Part shown: positions 28,982 through 39,296 of the stretch, in pieces
How positions within the stretch are numbered: the first letter of the stretch is position 1
Layout: each line of letters begins with the position of its first letter
Assembly (NCBI GenBank): GCA_902492655.1
Contig: CABUMF010000006.1
Location: 314-64,313 of the forward strand
Source: an uncultured Eubacteriales bacterium
GTDB taxonomy: Bacteria > Bacillota > Clostridia > HGM11514
Length of the DNA stretch: 64,000 nt
Direction: 5' to 3'
Made by a program: the position numbers and the translations under genes
Notes under the pieces: generated by a model
Seen by the model: the letters and a program-made list of their open reading frames with translations, nothing else
Told to the model about the DNA's origin: nothing
Databases searched by the model: none

Positions 28982-29014
28982 CGACTGCCTTTGTTTTTAG
29001 GCAGTCGTATTCTA
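28982..29014 (+). terminator. probable rho-independent terminator
   Basis: CGACTGCCT-8 nt-AGGCAGTCG followed by TATTCTAT (weak U-tract). Confidence 0.5.
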
Positions 29015-29027
29015 TGGAGAGTGTGTT

Positions 29028-30731
29028 ATGAATTATAATGAGATTTACGAACTTTGGATAAAGTCAGCCGACAAAGATACTGCGGATGAGCTTAAAGGCA
29101 TTGATGAAAAGGAAAAAGAAGACAGATTCTATAAAAGCCTTGAATTCGGCACGGGCGGTCTTCGCGGTGTTATAGGCGCAGGAACAAACAGAATGAACAA
29201 GTACACCGTAGGTCAGGCAACACAGGCTCTTGCCGCATATCTCAACGCACGCGGGCTTTCAAAATCCGGTGTTTGCATTTCCTACGATTCAAGACTGTAT
29301 TCCGATGTTTTTGCAAAAGAATCCGCTTGTATTCTTGCCGCAAACGGAATAAAAGCATATCTTTCCGATGCGCTTCGTCCCGTACCTTTTCTTTCGTTTT
29401 CCGTGCTCCAAAAGGGTGCTGCCGCAGGAATTATGATTACTGCAAGCCATAATCCTCCGAAATACAACGGATATAAGGTATATTGCGAAACGGGCGAGCA
29501 GATTGCTCCTGAAATGGCAGACGAAATAGTTTCATATATCAAAAAAACCGATATTTTCACCGGTGTAAAGCATATGGATTTTGAAGATGCGGTTTCAGTC
29601 GGTCTTATAGAGATGATTACTTCTTGCGATGAGGACAAGTTTGTATCTAAAGTTTTGGAGCAGCAACAAAATCCGGGTATAGCAAAAAAGGCCGATATGG
29701 GAATTGTTTACACTCCATTGCACGGCTCAGGGAATATTCCTGTTCGTAAGGCTCTCAAGGCTGCAGGTTTTGACAAGGTTTGGGTTGTTCCCGAGCAAGA
29801 AAAGCCCGATCCTGCATTTTCAACGGTTAAGTCACCTAATCCCGAGGACAAGGCAGGGTTTTATCTTGCGGAGGAGCTTGCCGTAAAGACCGGTGCGGAG
29901 CTTATTATCGGAACAGATCCCGACTGCGACAGAGTTGGCGTTATGGCAAAGAATAAGGACGGTAAATTTGATGCATTTACCGGTAACCAAATAGGTGTTA
30001 TTCTTCTTGAATACCTTCTTTCTGCCAAAAAGGCTAACGGTACACTTCCCGACAACGGTGCTGTTATAAAGACCATTGTTTCAACCTATCTTGCCGATCG
30101 TCTTGCGGAAAGCTACGGCGTTACTTGCATGAATGTTCTTACGGGCTTCAAGTTTATCGGCGAGAAAATAAGGCAGTTTGAGCAAGACGGAAGCTACACT
30201 TATCTCTTTGGATTTGAAGAAAGCTACGGGTATCTCTCGGGAACCCATTCAAGAGATAAGGACGGCGTTGTTGCTTGTATGCTTGTTTGTGAAGCGGCAG
30301 CGTATTACAAAACACTCGGAAAATCTCTTTTCGATGTTCTGGAGGATATTTTTTCACGCTTCGGTGCTTATGCGGAAGATTTGACGGCTGTAACCTTGGA
30401 AGGGATAGAGGGCGTTCAAAAAATCAAGGAAATAATTTCCGAGCTTCGCAACAATCCGCCGAAGGATATTGACGGTGTGAAGGTTAAATCAATAGCAGAT
30501 TACAAGCTTCACAAAAAAGTGTATGCCGACGGAAAAACAGAAGATTTGACTCTTCCGGTATCGGATGTGCTTTTGTTTACTTTGGACGACGATTCAACAT
30601 TTGCAATTCGTCCGTCAGGAACCGAGCCTAAGGTTAAAATTTACTTCGGAGTAAATGATAAAACCTACGACATGGCGCTTTGCAAGCTTGAAAAATTTAA
30701 AGCTTCGGTTACAAAAAGAATTATCAAATAA
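29028..30731 (+). CDS. pgcA: phosphoglucomutase / phosphomannomutase (alpha-D-phosphohexomutase family)
   Basis: Active-site TASHNPPKYNG, metal loop GTDPDCDR, sugar loop GFEESYG. Confidence 0.85.
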   Translation: MNYNEIYELWIKSADKDTADELKGIDEKEKEDRFYKSLEFGTGGLRGVIGAGTNRMNKYTVGQATQALAAYLNARGLSKSGVCISYDSRLYSDVFAKESACILAANGIKAYLSDALRPVPFLSFSVLQKGAAAGIMITASHNPPKYNGYKVYCETGEQIAPEMADEIVSYIKKTDIFTGVKHMDFEDAVSVGLIEMITSCDEDKFVSKVLEQQQNPGIAKKADMGIVYTPLHGSGNIPVRKALKAAGFDKVWVVPEQEKPDPAFSTVKSPNPEDKAGFYLAEELAVKTGAELIIGTDPDCDRVGVMAKNKDGKFDAFTGNQIGVILLEYLLSAKKANGTLPDNGAVIKTIVSTYLADRLAESYGVTCMNVLTGFKFIGEKIRQFEQDGSYTYLFGFEESYGYLSGTHSRDKDGVVACMLVCEAAAYYKTLGKSLFDVLEDIFSRFGAYAEDLTAVTLEGIEGVQKIKEIISELRNNPPKDIDGVKVKSIADYKLHKKVYADGKTEDLTLPVSDVLLFTLDDDSTFAIRPSGTEPKVKIYFGVNDKTYDMALCKLEKFKASVTKRIIK

Positions 30732-30767
30732 TGGCTTCCGATTCGTATCTTGCAAAAAAATAGTTAA

Positions 30768-30799
30768 GGTTGCAGACCGCTTGGTCTGCAACCTTTTTT
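30768..30799. terminator. bidirectional rho-independent terminator
   Basis: GGTTGCAGACC-GCTT-GGTCTGCAACC followed by T6. A T-rich tract is also present on the minus strand. Confidence 0.75.
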
Positions 30800-31061
30800 A
30801 TAAAAGCTTAAATATTAAGTACATCAGCATTCCCACCAACGATATTACCGGGAGCAACACGATAATTGAACGAACCTCTCTTATTCTTCTTGCCTGCCGT
30901 CTGTTTTTCTTTATATAGCTGTCAATAATCTGCTGTGCTTCTTCTACAATATCATTTCCAGGCGAAAAGCTGATTCCTTTATTTTTAAGTATAATGATAG
31001 CTTGTTCGATGTTTTCCGAATTAAGATTATTAAGTATTATAATATTTCTCGTTGTTTCCAT
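30798..31061 (-). CDS. small tail-anchored hypothetical protein
   Basis: 87 aa from METTRNIIIL. Soluble N-terminal part, basic patch KKNRRQARRIREVR, then a single C-terminal TM helix. Coding status is not independently supported. Confidence 0.4.
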   Translation of the reverse strand: METTRNIIILNNLNSENIEQAIIILKNKGISFSPGNDIVEEAQQIIDSYIKKNRRQARRIREVRSIIVLLPVISLVGMLMYLIFKLL

Positions 31062-31114
31062 ATATTTACCTCCTGTCAAAATAAGTATTATCATATTTTT
31101 TTGTAAATATACGA

Positions 31115-31143
31115 TTGAAAAAATAATATTTTTATGTTAAAAT
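31115..31143 (+). promoter_or_regulatory. sigma-A type promoter for addBA (TTGAAA-17 nt-TAAAAT, extended -10)
   Basis: Read directly from the sequence. Confidence 0.4.
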
Positions 31144-31177
31144 ATTAATATATCATATTTTCTAAGGGGTTTTCGTT

Positions 31178-34100
31178 ATGAGCCTTCGGATTTTTTACGG
31201 TACGGACAATAAAAAGCTTGACAGAAGATGCAAAGAAATTATTGCACACTGCGATAAAAATGCTTTTTTGATTGTCCCCGAGCAGTTTACTCTTTCTGCG
31301 GAAAAATTCTATTCCGACACTACAAAAACAAACTTTGAAGTTATCAGCTTTAGGCGGCTTTGCGGCATGATTTTCAGAGATGCCGGCATTATTACTGCGC
31401 CATATCTGTCTGCGTCTTCAAAGGTTATGCTTATGCAAAAAATTATCGACAGCCAAAATTTAACCATATATGACAGTTGCTCCGATAAGCGTGGTTTTGC
31501 GTCCTCTCTTGTAAAAACCGTATCTGAATTTAAGCACGCCGCACTTTCTGCGGAATTTATTAAATCAAAAATTGACACTTCCGAAGGTATCCTTAAAGAA
31601 AAGCTTACCGATTTTTATTCAATTTTCGATGCATATAACAAAAAATCCTCCGATTTCGGTGTTGACAGTGACGACGACTTAACCTTTGCATATAAATTGT
31701 TGGTTCAAAATCCCGGGCTGTATTCTCTTGAAAATTCGGTTGTGATTATAAGCAAATTCAGCGGCTTTACCAACCAGGAAAGACTGCTTATTAAGCTTAT
31801 GGTTAAATATTGCGATGTCTATATCGCTGCATCCGCAGACAGCCTCGACAGGGATGCTTTGTTATGCTTTGAACAAACCGTTAATAATTTAAGGCTTATC
31901 TCGGATGCCTCGGATTATACAGCGGAAAAAATCGAAGCGGATTCAGATACTTCCGCACCTGCACATCTGAGTATCAATTATTTTAAGTATCCGCCTGATA
32001 AATCAGAGTCCTCCGATGTAACCGTTATTAAAATGCCGGACGCTTACAGCGAAGTAAATGCGGTTGCTCAGGAAATAATCAGGCTTTGCCGTGAAGAAGG
32101 CATGAGATATAAAGATATTGCAATATGTTATCGTAATGCGGATGAGTATAAAAAGGTTATTGAACGCGTTTTTCAAAATAATGATATTCCCATGTTTTTG
32201 GATAACAAGGAAAACATATCATCAAATGCTCTTATTGTTTTCGTTTACGCAATCGCTGATGTTTTTGAGTACGGCTACAGCTATGATTCTGTTTCCAGCC
32301 TGATAAAATCGGTTTTTGTACCGGTTTCAAGAGATGATGCCGACATATTTGAAAATTTCATTCTTGGATACGGCTTGTACGGAAAAAAGCTTTATGACGA
32401 TGAACTTTGGAACAGACATACAGAAAAAATTTTCCAAAAAGACGGTGTAAATCCGGACGCTGTTAACAAAACAAGGAATGCTATATTAAAACCCCTAAGG
32501 AATTTCAGGGAAAAAACCAAGGGCAGGCACAGCTTTGAAACCCACGCTCGCAGTCTTTTTGACTTGCTTTGTGATTTTGGTGTTTATATAAAGCTTAAAG
32601 ACATTGTTTCCGAATTGAACTCCGAGGAGAGGTTTCAGACCGCAAAAGAATATACTCAGATCTGGAATATGTTTATAAATATGCTCGATGAGGCTGTAAA
32701 AATTTCGGGCGAAACAAAATGCTCGTTTTCAAAGTTTATAAATGTGCTGAAATCAGGCATTGAGGAATGTACAGTGGGCAGTGTTCCGCCGGTTGCCGAC
32801 TGTGTTACGGTTTCGGATGCGCAAAGATTTGTGCCGGGAAATATAAACACTCTGTTTGCCGTAGGCGTATGCAGTGGTGAGTTTCCTCCTCCGCCTTCCT
32901 CTGACGGTTTGTTCGACGAGGCTGACCGAGATATTCTCGAAGGTTTGGGTATTGAGCTTTCAAACAGCAAAAAACACAGAGCACTTGCAGAACAGCAAAT
33001 TCTCTACAAGGTTTTTTCCGCACCGAGCAAAAGGCTTTATTTTTCATACAGAACCACAAACACAGACGGAACCGCAACAGCTCCAAGTGAGGTTATTTCA
33101 AGGGTTTTAAGGATTTTTCCGAATACAAATATAATTACCGAATTACCCCAAATCGGTAGTCCCTATTATACCTTTGAAAAGTTTTTGCGTGAAGGTATGC
33201 CCGAAGGAAGTGTTTATGATTGGTTTATTTCTGACGAGCATTGGAAGCCCATGCTTATGATGACGCTTAACAAGAAACCGAAGGATTCCGATGTGTTTTT
33301 GTCCCAAGACAGCGTCAAAAAGCTTTATGAAAACGGCTTCAGCGGAAGTGTATCAAAGCTTGAATGCTACTCAAAATGTGCATTTTCCTATTTTTTGAAC
33401 TACAATCTTAAGCTACGGCCGAGAAAGGTTTATTCGATGACCGCCCCTGACATAGGTGTGCTCGTTCACTCAATACTTGAAAGATGCGTTCGTGAGGTTT
33501 CAGAGAACAACGCCTGGGACAGTGTTTCCCGTGACAGCTGTGCCGAGATGACAGACAGAGCAGTCAAGGCAGAAGCACCGGAGTTTCTTAACGGTATGTT
33601 TCTAAGCTCTCCGAGATATAAATATACGCTTTCTAAACTGACAAAACAATTATCCGATAATCTGTATAATCTACTTAACAGATTTAATCACAGTAAATTC
33701 AGACCCGAGGGATTTGAAATCAATTTTGACAGCGACAGAATATCCGAAATGAATCTTACTGCGGATAATGGTGAAAAAATCAGAATTACGGGCAAAATCG
33801 ACCGTGCCGATACTTTCACCAAGGATGATTGCAAATATCTTCGCATTATAGACTACAAGACAGGCTCAAAAGACCTCAAAATCAAGGATATTTACAACGC
33901 TGAAAATCTTCAGCTTATAACATATCTCGATGCTCTTTGCGGAAGCAAAACTAAGCCCGCCGGTGTGCTTTACTACATGATTTCATCATCAATCCAAAAC
34001 GAAAAAAATATTCTCTCCCAAAATGAAATAGAAGCAAAGCTTAAGGGCAGGTATGCAATGAAGGGGCTTGTATTGGAAAATAACGATATAATACTCGATA

Positions 34101-34396
34101 TGGATGATGAACCAAGCTATGTGGGCGTACAAGAAAAGAGCAATAGCGGAAAGGCATCAGAGGAGCAATTCAGACTGTTGCGGCTTTCTGTAAGAAGAAG
34201 CATAAAAGAGCTTTCTTCGGCAATTCTTAAGGGCGATATAAGCATAAATCCCCCGTACACCCGTTCTGACAGCTCTCCCTGCAATTATTGCGATTATAAA
34301 AGTGTTTGCCGTGATTTCGGCAAATGCAAAAACAGAGTAAAGTTCAAAAATGACGATGATGTTTTTGAAAAACTTAAAGAGGAGTTTTCAAAATGA
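31178..34396 (+). CDS. addB: helicase-nuclease complex subunit AddB (RecB-type nuclease with Fe-S cluster)
   Basis: 1072 aa. Nuclease motif IIDYKTG. Cys cluster SKCAF ... CNYCDYKSVC. The N-terminal Walker A is degenerate (YGTDNKKLD). Confidence 0.85.
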   Translation: MSLRIFYGTDNKKLDRRCKEIIAHCDKNAFLIVPEQFTLSAEKFYSDTTKTNFEVISFRRLCGMIFRDAGIITAPYLSASSKVMLMQKIIDSQNLTIYDSCSDKRGFASSLVKTVSEFKHAALSAEFIKSKIDTSEGILKEKLTDFYSIFDAYNKKSSDFGVDSDDDLTFAYKLLVQNPGLYSLENSVVIISKFSGFTNQERLLIKLMVKYCDVYIAASADSLDRDALLCFEQTVNNLRLISDASDYTAEKIEADSDTSAPAHLSINYFKYPPDKSESSDVTVIKMPDAYSEVNAVAQEIIRLCREEGMRYKDIAICYRNADEYKKVIERVFQNNDIPMFLDNKENISSNALIVFVYAIADVFEYGYSYDSVSSLIKSVFVPVSRDDADIFENFILGYGLYGKKLYDDELWNRHTEKIFQKDGVNPDAVNKTRNAILKPLRNFREKTKGRHSFETHARSLFDLLCDFGVYIKLKDIVSELNSEERFQTAKEYTQIWNMFINMLDEAVKISGETKCSFSKFINVLKSGIEECTVGSVPPVADCVTVSDAQRFVPGNINTLFAVGVCSGEFPPPPSSDGLFDEADRDILEGLGIELSNSKKHRALAEQQILYKVFSAPSKRLYFSYRTTNTDGTATAPSEVISRVLRIFPNTNIITELPQIGSPYYTFEKFLREGMPEGSVYDWFISDEHWKPMLMMTLNKKPKDSDVFLSQDSVKKLYENGFSGSVSKLECYSKCAFSYFLNYNLKLRPRKVYSMTAPDIGVLVHSILERCVREVSENNAWDSVSRDSCAEMTDRAVKAEAPEFLNGMFLSSPRYKYTLSKLTKQLSDNLYNLLNRFNHSKFRPEGFEINFDSDRISEMNLTADNGEKIRITGKIDRADTFTKDDCKYLRIIDYKTGSKDLKIKDIYNAENLQLITYLDALCGSKTKPAGVLYYMISSSIQNEKNILSQNEIEAKLKGRYAMKGLVLENNDIILDMDDEPSYVGVQEKSNSGKASEEQFRLLRLSVRRSIKELSSAILKGDISINPPYTRSDSSPCNYCDYKSVCRDFGKCKNRVKFKNDDDVFEKLKEEFSK

Positions 34397-37300
34397 GTAA
34401 GGTTAATTGGACTGAGCAACAAACAGATGCCATTGAAATAAGAAATACCGATACCCTCGTTTCCGCCGCCGCAGGCTCGGGTAAAACTGCGGTATTGGTT
34501 GAACGAGTAATAAGAATGATTACCGATATTGAAAATCCTATTGATATTGATAAAATTCTTGTTGTAACCTTTACCAATGCCGCCGCAAAGCAAATGAAAG
34601 AAAAGATTTCGGCGGCAATCTCAAAGGAGATTGAAGAACATCCCGAAAATATTCACCTTAAAAATCAGCTCATGCTTTTGGGTGGAGCAGACATCAGAAC
34701 ATACGATTCCTTCTGTCAAAATCTCATTAAGGAGAATTTTCAGAAAACCGATTTGCCTTTCGATTTTGAAATTATTCAAAAAACCGAGGCAAAGATTTTA
34801 AAGGCAGAGGCATTGGATGAAACCTTTAATGAGTTTTATGATGATGAGGAAAAGGCAGCGGCGTTCACAAACTTTGCGGACTCTTTTTCCGGAAAGGACG
34901 ATAAATCCGCAGAGGAATTTATTTACGGCCTTTATGACTTTATAAGGACTATGCCGCACTATACCGAGTGGATTAAAAATTGCTCGGAGAGTGCGGAATT
35001 TGAAAATCCCGACGATACGGTTTGGGGGCAGTATCTTAAAGAATACTCACTTAAGATGCTCAAAATCTCGTCTGTTTTAATCAATCGGGCGATCGACTTA
35101 ATTAAAGAGAACGGGAAATTATACGGAATTTCAAAATATTTTGATTTGTTCTATGACGATAAAAATATCACAGAGCTGTTTATTGCCTCAATAGAAAAGG
35201 GCTACTTTGAAGCGGTCGATTTCGCACAAAACAAGCTGGCTTTCTCAAAGCTCCCCACAGTTCGGGGCGGTGACGATAACGCAAAAGCTTTCCTGAAAGG
35301 TATAAGAGAATATTCTAAAAAAATCACAACTTCTCTTGTGGAAAATATATATTATCTTTCAGAATATGATGTTGAGGTCATGAACAGGGGCAACTCCGAT
35401 ATTATAAAAATCGTATCGGAGGTAATAGATGTATTTGACAAAAAGTTTTCCAAAAAGAAGATTGCCGCAAGCCTTGTTGACTTTGCAGATATTTCCCATA
35501 AATGCGTCGATCTCTTAACAAAATATGAAAACGGTCATTATTCACCTTCGGATATTGCACTAAGGCTTCAGGATCGATACGCTGAGGTTTTGGTTGACGA
35601 GTATCAGGACACAAATAATCTTCAGGAACATATACTTAATATGATTTCGGGAAAAGGCAAGAAGTTCATGGTAGGCGACATAAAGCAATGTATATACAAA
35701 TTCAGAAACTCAAAGCCCGAGCTTTTTCTCGAAAAGTATAACAGCTTTTCAGAAAAGGCAGGAGAAGAGGAACGAAAGCTTATTCTTTCTAAGAATTTCA
35801 GAAGCTATCAAAATATTCTCGATTATGTCAATTTCACATTTGAAAAGCTGATGTGCAGAGAGTGCGGGGGGCTTGATTATTCCGAATCGGAAAAGCTCAA
35901 TTTCAGTGGAATTTATCCCGAAAGCGATACTCCGGTTGAAATAGCCGTTTTTGACAATAATTATACTTGCGATGACGAAGACAAAGCTTATCTCGAAGCC
36001 AAATTCTGCGCACAAAAAATAAGGGCTATGGTCGACGAAGGCTATTTGGTTTCTGACGGTGATTCGCCTCGTCCGTGCACATACGGCGATTTTACGATTT
36101 TGCTCAGAAAAAAGAAGAATATGGAATTATTCAAAAATTCTCTTTCCGAGCTTTCGGTTCCGTCATATGTGGAAATCAGCGACGATTACATAAATCACTC
36201 TGTAATAAGGCTGGTTGTATCTCTTTTTAAGATTATTGATAATCCCCGCCAGGATATTGACCTTGCGGCAGTTTTAAGGTCTGATTTATTCGGGTTTACC
36301 GATGATGAACTTGTAGACATAAGGCTTATTGATAAGGGTGCTGATTTTTACACCTGTCTTACAAAGTACGAAAGCGACAAAGCACGGAATTTCTTTGAAA
36401 AGCTGAATCGTTGGCGTGAGCTCTCCGAAATTGTCAGCGTGTATGAGCTTGTCAATATTGTTTTTGACGAAATGTTCATGTACACATTATATGCCGAGGA
36501 TGCCAAAATTCTCAGAGCCTTTGCAGACTGGGCAAAAAAATATTCACAATCTTCGTTTAAGGGGTTGTTTCGTTTTATTACCTATCTTCAAAAGCAACTT
36601 GAGGAAAATGAGGATATGGGCACAACAAATATAAACAGCGGTGATGCGGTAACAATAATGACAATTCACAGCAGTAAAGGGCTGGAAAATCATGTCGTTA
36701 TTTTAGCGGAAACCGCCGGGGAATTCAAGTTGATTGATTCCAAAAGCAGATTTGCATACCATGACGAGCTCGGAATTGCCGCAGATTATGTTGATACCGA
36801 TAACAGAATTAGGTATAAAACGCTTCAAAAAATAGCGATTGAACAAAAAATTGCCGATGACGGAATAGCTGAGGAAATGAGGCTGCTTTATGTTGCGTTG
36901 ACCCGTGCAAAGCAGCGGCTTTTAATCACCGCTTCTTATCAAAGAGGAGGGTTGGACAAAAAAATCAATAAATGTATTTCGGCGTCTGCCGGTATAAACG
37001 AAACCGGCTTTTCTGTAGGTGCATCTTTCGGTGCAAACAGCTATATTGACTGGATTTTGTCATCCCTTGCTTTTTATCCGGGTAAGCTATCCGACAGCTT
37101 CTTGATGAGTGAATTTATTCCAAAGTCAGACACATTTTGCAGGATTAAATTTGACATAAATCCTCCGCTTGATTACAGCGGCTGTGACAGCGATTTCACG
37201 AAAACCAGCTTAAAACAAACGCAATTTATTCCAAATGCAGATGCAATATTGGGGTATAAGTATCCGTATTCCGATGCCGCAAAGGTTCCTTCAAAGCTTT

Positions 37301-37926
37301 CTGTCAGCGAAATTAAAACGAAATATTATTCGGAATCAATCGGTGACGAGGTTGTGTATTTTCCAAGAAAAATAGATAACAGCCTTAATTTGATACCTAC
37401 ACCTCAGTTTATGAAGGAAACGGAGAGCTTGACTCCGGCTCTGCTCGGAACTGCTTATCACAGTGTTTTGCAGTATCTGGACTTTGGTAGCGTAAGCTGT
37501 GACAACATAGAGGAGGTTTTGGATTCCTTTGTTAAAAAATCCGTTATCACCGAATCTGAACGGAAGGCAGTTGATGTTTCGGTTATTAAGAAATTTATTA
37601 ATTCCGACCTGTTTGGGAGCATTAAAGATGCAGACAAGGTTTACAAGGAATACAGCTTTGTTCTGCCCTTTGATTCATCTGCTTTCTTTGAAAATACGCA
37701 GGAAGAAATAATGGTTCAGGGAATAATTGATTGCCTTTATATAAAGGATGAAAACATTTATCTTGTTGATTATAAAAGTGATTCTTATGCGTCTTCCGCC
37801 GATATTGCGGACAGATACAGAACTCAGATTATGATGTATAGCGAGGCAATTGAGAAAAAATTCGGCAAAAAGCCCATATCTTCCGTACTTTATATGCTTA
37901 AAACAGGTGAAATTATCAGTTTATAA
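34393..37926 (+). CDS. addA: ATP-dependent helicase/nuclease subunit AddA
   Basis: UvrD-type motifs AAAGSGKTAVLVER and VDEYQDTN. C-terminal nuclease GIIDCLY...LVDYKSD. Overlaps addB by 4 nt. Confidence 0.9.
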   Translation: MSKVNWTEQQTDAIEIRNTDTLVSAAAGSGKTAVLVERVIRMITDIENPIDIDKILVVTFTNAAAKQMKEKISAAISKEIEEHPENIHLKNQLMLLGGADIRTYDSFCQNLIKENFQKTDLPFDFEIIQKTEAKILKAEALDETFNEFYDDEEKAAAFTNFADSFSGKDDKSAEEFIYGLYDFIRTMPHYTEWIKNCSESAEFENPDDTVWGQYLKEYSLKMLKISSVLINRAIDLIKENGKLYGISKYFDLFYDDKNITELFIASIEKGYFEAVDFAQNKLAFSKLPTVRGGDDNAKAFLKGIREYSKKITTSLVENIYYLSEYDVEVMNRGNSDIIKIVSEVIDVFDKKFSKKKIAASLVDFADISHKCVDLLTKYENGHYSPSDIALRLQDRYAEVLVDEYQDTNNLQEHILNMISGKGKKFMVGDIKQCIYKFRNSKPELFLEKYNSFSEKAGEEERKLILSKNFRSYQNILDYVNFTFEKLMCRECGGLDYSESEKLNFSGIYPESDTPVEIAVFDNNYTCDDEDKAYLEAKFCAQKIRAMVDEGYLVSDGDSPRPCTYGDFTILLRKKKNMELFKNSLSELSVPSYVEISDDYINHSVIRLVVSLFKIIDNPRQDIDLAAVLRSDLFGFTDDELVDIRLIDKGADFYTCLTKYESDKARNFFEKLNRWRELSEIVSVYELVNIVFDEMFMYTLYAEDAKILRAFADWAKKYSQSSFKGLFRFITYLQKQLEENEDMGTTNINSGDAVTIMTIHSSKGLENHVVILAETAGEFKLIDSKSRFAYHDELGIAADYVDTDNRIRYKTLQKIAIEQKIADDGIAEEMRLLYVALTRAKQRLLITASYQRGGLDKKINKCISASAGINETGFSVGASFGANSYIDWILSSLAFYPGKLSDSFLMSEFIPKSDTFCRIKFDINPPLDYSGCDSDFTKTSLKQTQFIPNADAILGYKYPYSDAAKVPSKLSVSEIKTKYYSESIGDEVVYFPRKIDNSLNLIPTPQFMKETESLTPALLGTAYHSVLQYLDFGSVSCDNIEEVLDSFVKKSVITESERKAVDVSVIKKFINSDLFGSIKDADKVYKEYSFVLPFDSSAFFENTQEEIMVQGIIDCLYIKDENIYLVDYKSDSYASSADIADRYRTQIMMYSEAIEKKFGKKPISSVLYMLKTGEIISL

Positions 37927-37934
37927 AATTTCTC

Positions 37935-37963
37935 TTGAAAATTTTTCGCAGATAATGTATAAT
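37935..37963 (+). promoter_or_regulatory. sigma-A type promoter for lysA (TTGAAA-17 nt-TATAAT)
   Basis: Read directly from the sequence. Confidence 0.5.
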
Positions 37964-37994
37964 AAATATATATCAATTCAGGAAGGTGATACCA

Positions 37995-39296
37995 ATGTTT
38001 CTTAATGACAACACGACAATTAACGAGAAAGGGCATCTTGAATTTGGCGGATGCGACTGTGTTTCTCTTGCAAAAGAGTACGGAACGCCGCTTTATGTTA
38101 TGGATGAAACAACAATCAGAAAAAACTGCAGAGCGTATAAAAACACTCTTGACAAGTTTTATGACGGAAATGCTCTTGTAATTTATGCAAGCAAGGCATT
38201 TTCGGCAAAACGCATTTATAAAATCATACAAGAAGAAGGACTTGGCGTTGATGTTGTTTCGGGCGGAGAAATTTATACTGCTCTTTCAACCGGTTTCCCT
38301 TCCGAAAAAATATATTTTCACGGAAACAATAAATCAAGTGACGAGCTCAGATATGCAGTAGAAAATAACATCGGCAGAATCATGGTGGATAACCTGTATG
38401 AGCTTCACCTGCTTGATGATATTGCAGAAAAGCTCAATAAAAAGCAAAAGGTAATTCTTAGGGTTACTCCCGGCGTTGACGCACACACTCACAGCTTTAT
38501 AAGCACAGGTCAGATTGACTCCAAATTCGGTATCGCAATAGATACGGGCGAAGCTTTGGAATTTGTGAAGGAAGCCGTTTCGCTTTCAAATATTGAAGTA
38601 ATGGGTATTCATTGCCATATCGGATCGCAAATTTTTGATTATAAGCCCTTTGCGTGCGCTGCCGAAAAAATGATGCTGTTTATTGCGGAAATCAAGAAAA
38701 AATTGAACTTTGAAATTAAAGAGCTCGACCTTGGCGGAGGCTTCGGCATAAAATACACAAAGTCGGACGATCCTATTCCGTATGAGAAATTTATGGAAAA
38801 CATTTCTCTTATTATAAAAAATCTTGCAAAAGAGAATGATGTAACATTGCCTTTCATAATTATGGAGCCGGGAAGGTCTATCGTTGGTGAAGCCGGAATT
38901 ACTCTCTATACTGTCGGTGTCGTAAAGCAGATCCCCGGACACAGAAAATATGTTTCGATTGACGGCGGAATGGGGGATAACCCAAGGTTTGCGCTTTATG
39001 AAGCAAAATACGATGCGGTTTTGGCAAACGATCCTGATAGAGCGTATGACGATGTTGCAACCCTCGCAGGAAAATGCTGCGAATCCGGCGATTTAATTAT
39101 TAAGGACGGTAATCTTCAGAAAATGGAAAGCGGTGATATTGTTGCCGTTCTGTCAACAGGTGCATATAATTATTCAATGGCAAGCAATTATAACCGTATT
39201 CCAAAGCCTCCGGTTGTGTTGGTTAAAAACGGCGAAAGCAGTGTAATGGTTAAGAGGGAAACCTATGAAGATCTGGTCAGAAACGATGTGTTGTAA
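37995..39296 (+). CDS. lysA: diaminopimelate decarboxylase
   Basis: YASKAF PLP-Lys region, HCHIGSQ, LDLGGGFG, CESGD. ATG at 37995 lies 8 nt after GGAAGG. Confidence 0.9.
   Translation: MFLNDNTTINEKGHLEFGGCDCVSLAKEYGTPLYVMDETTIRKNCRAYKNTLDKFYDGNALVIYASKAFSAKRIYKIIQEEGLGVDVVSGGEIYTALSTGFPSEKIYFHGNNKSSDELRYAVENNIGRIMVDNLYELHLLDDIAEKLNKKQKVILRVTPGVDAHTHSFISTGQIDSKFGIAIDTGEALEFVKEAVSLSNIEVMGIHCHIGSQIFDYKPFACAAEKMMLFIAEIKKKLNFEIKELDLGGGFGIKYTKSDDPIPYEKFMENISLIIKNLAKENDVTLPFIIMEPGRSIVGEAGITLYTVGVVKQIPGHRKYVSIDGGMGDNPRFALYEAKYDAVLANDPDRAYDDVATLAGKCCESGDLIIKDGNLQKMESGDIVAVLSTGAYNYSMASNYNRIPKPPVVLVKNGESSVMVKRETYEDLVRNDVL

Noticed and set aside
37927-37994. Possible lysine (L-box) riboswitch ahead of lysA.
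   Set aside because: The leader is under 40 nt after a good TTGAAA/TATAAT promoter. There is no room for an aptamer of roughly 180 nt, the length I recall for L-box elements.
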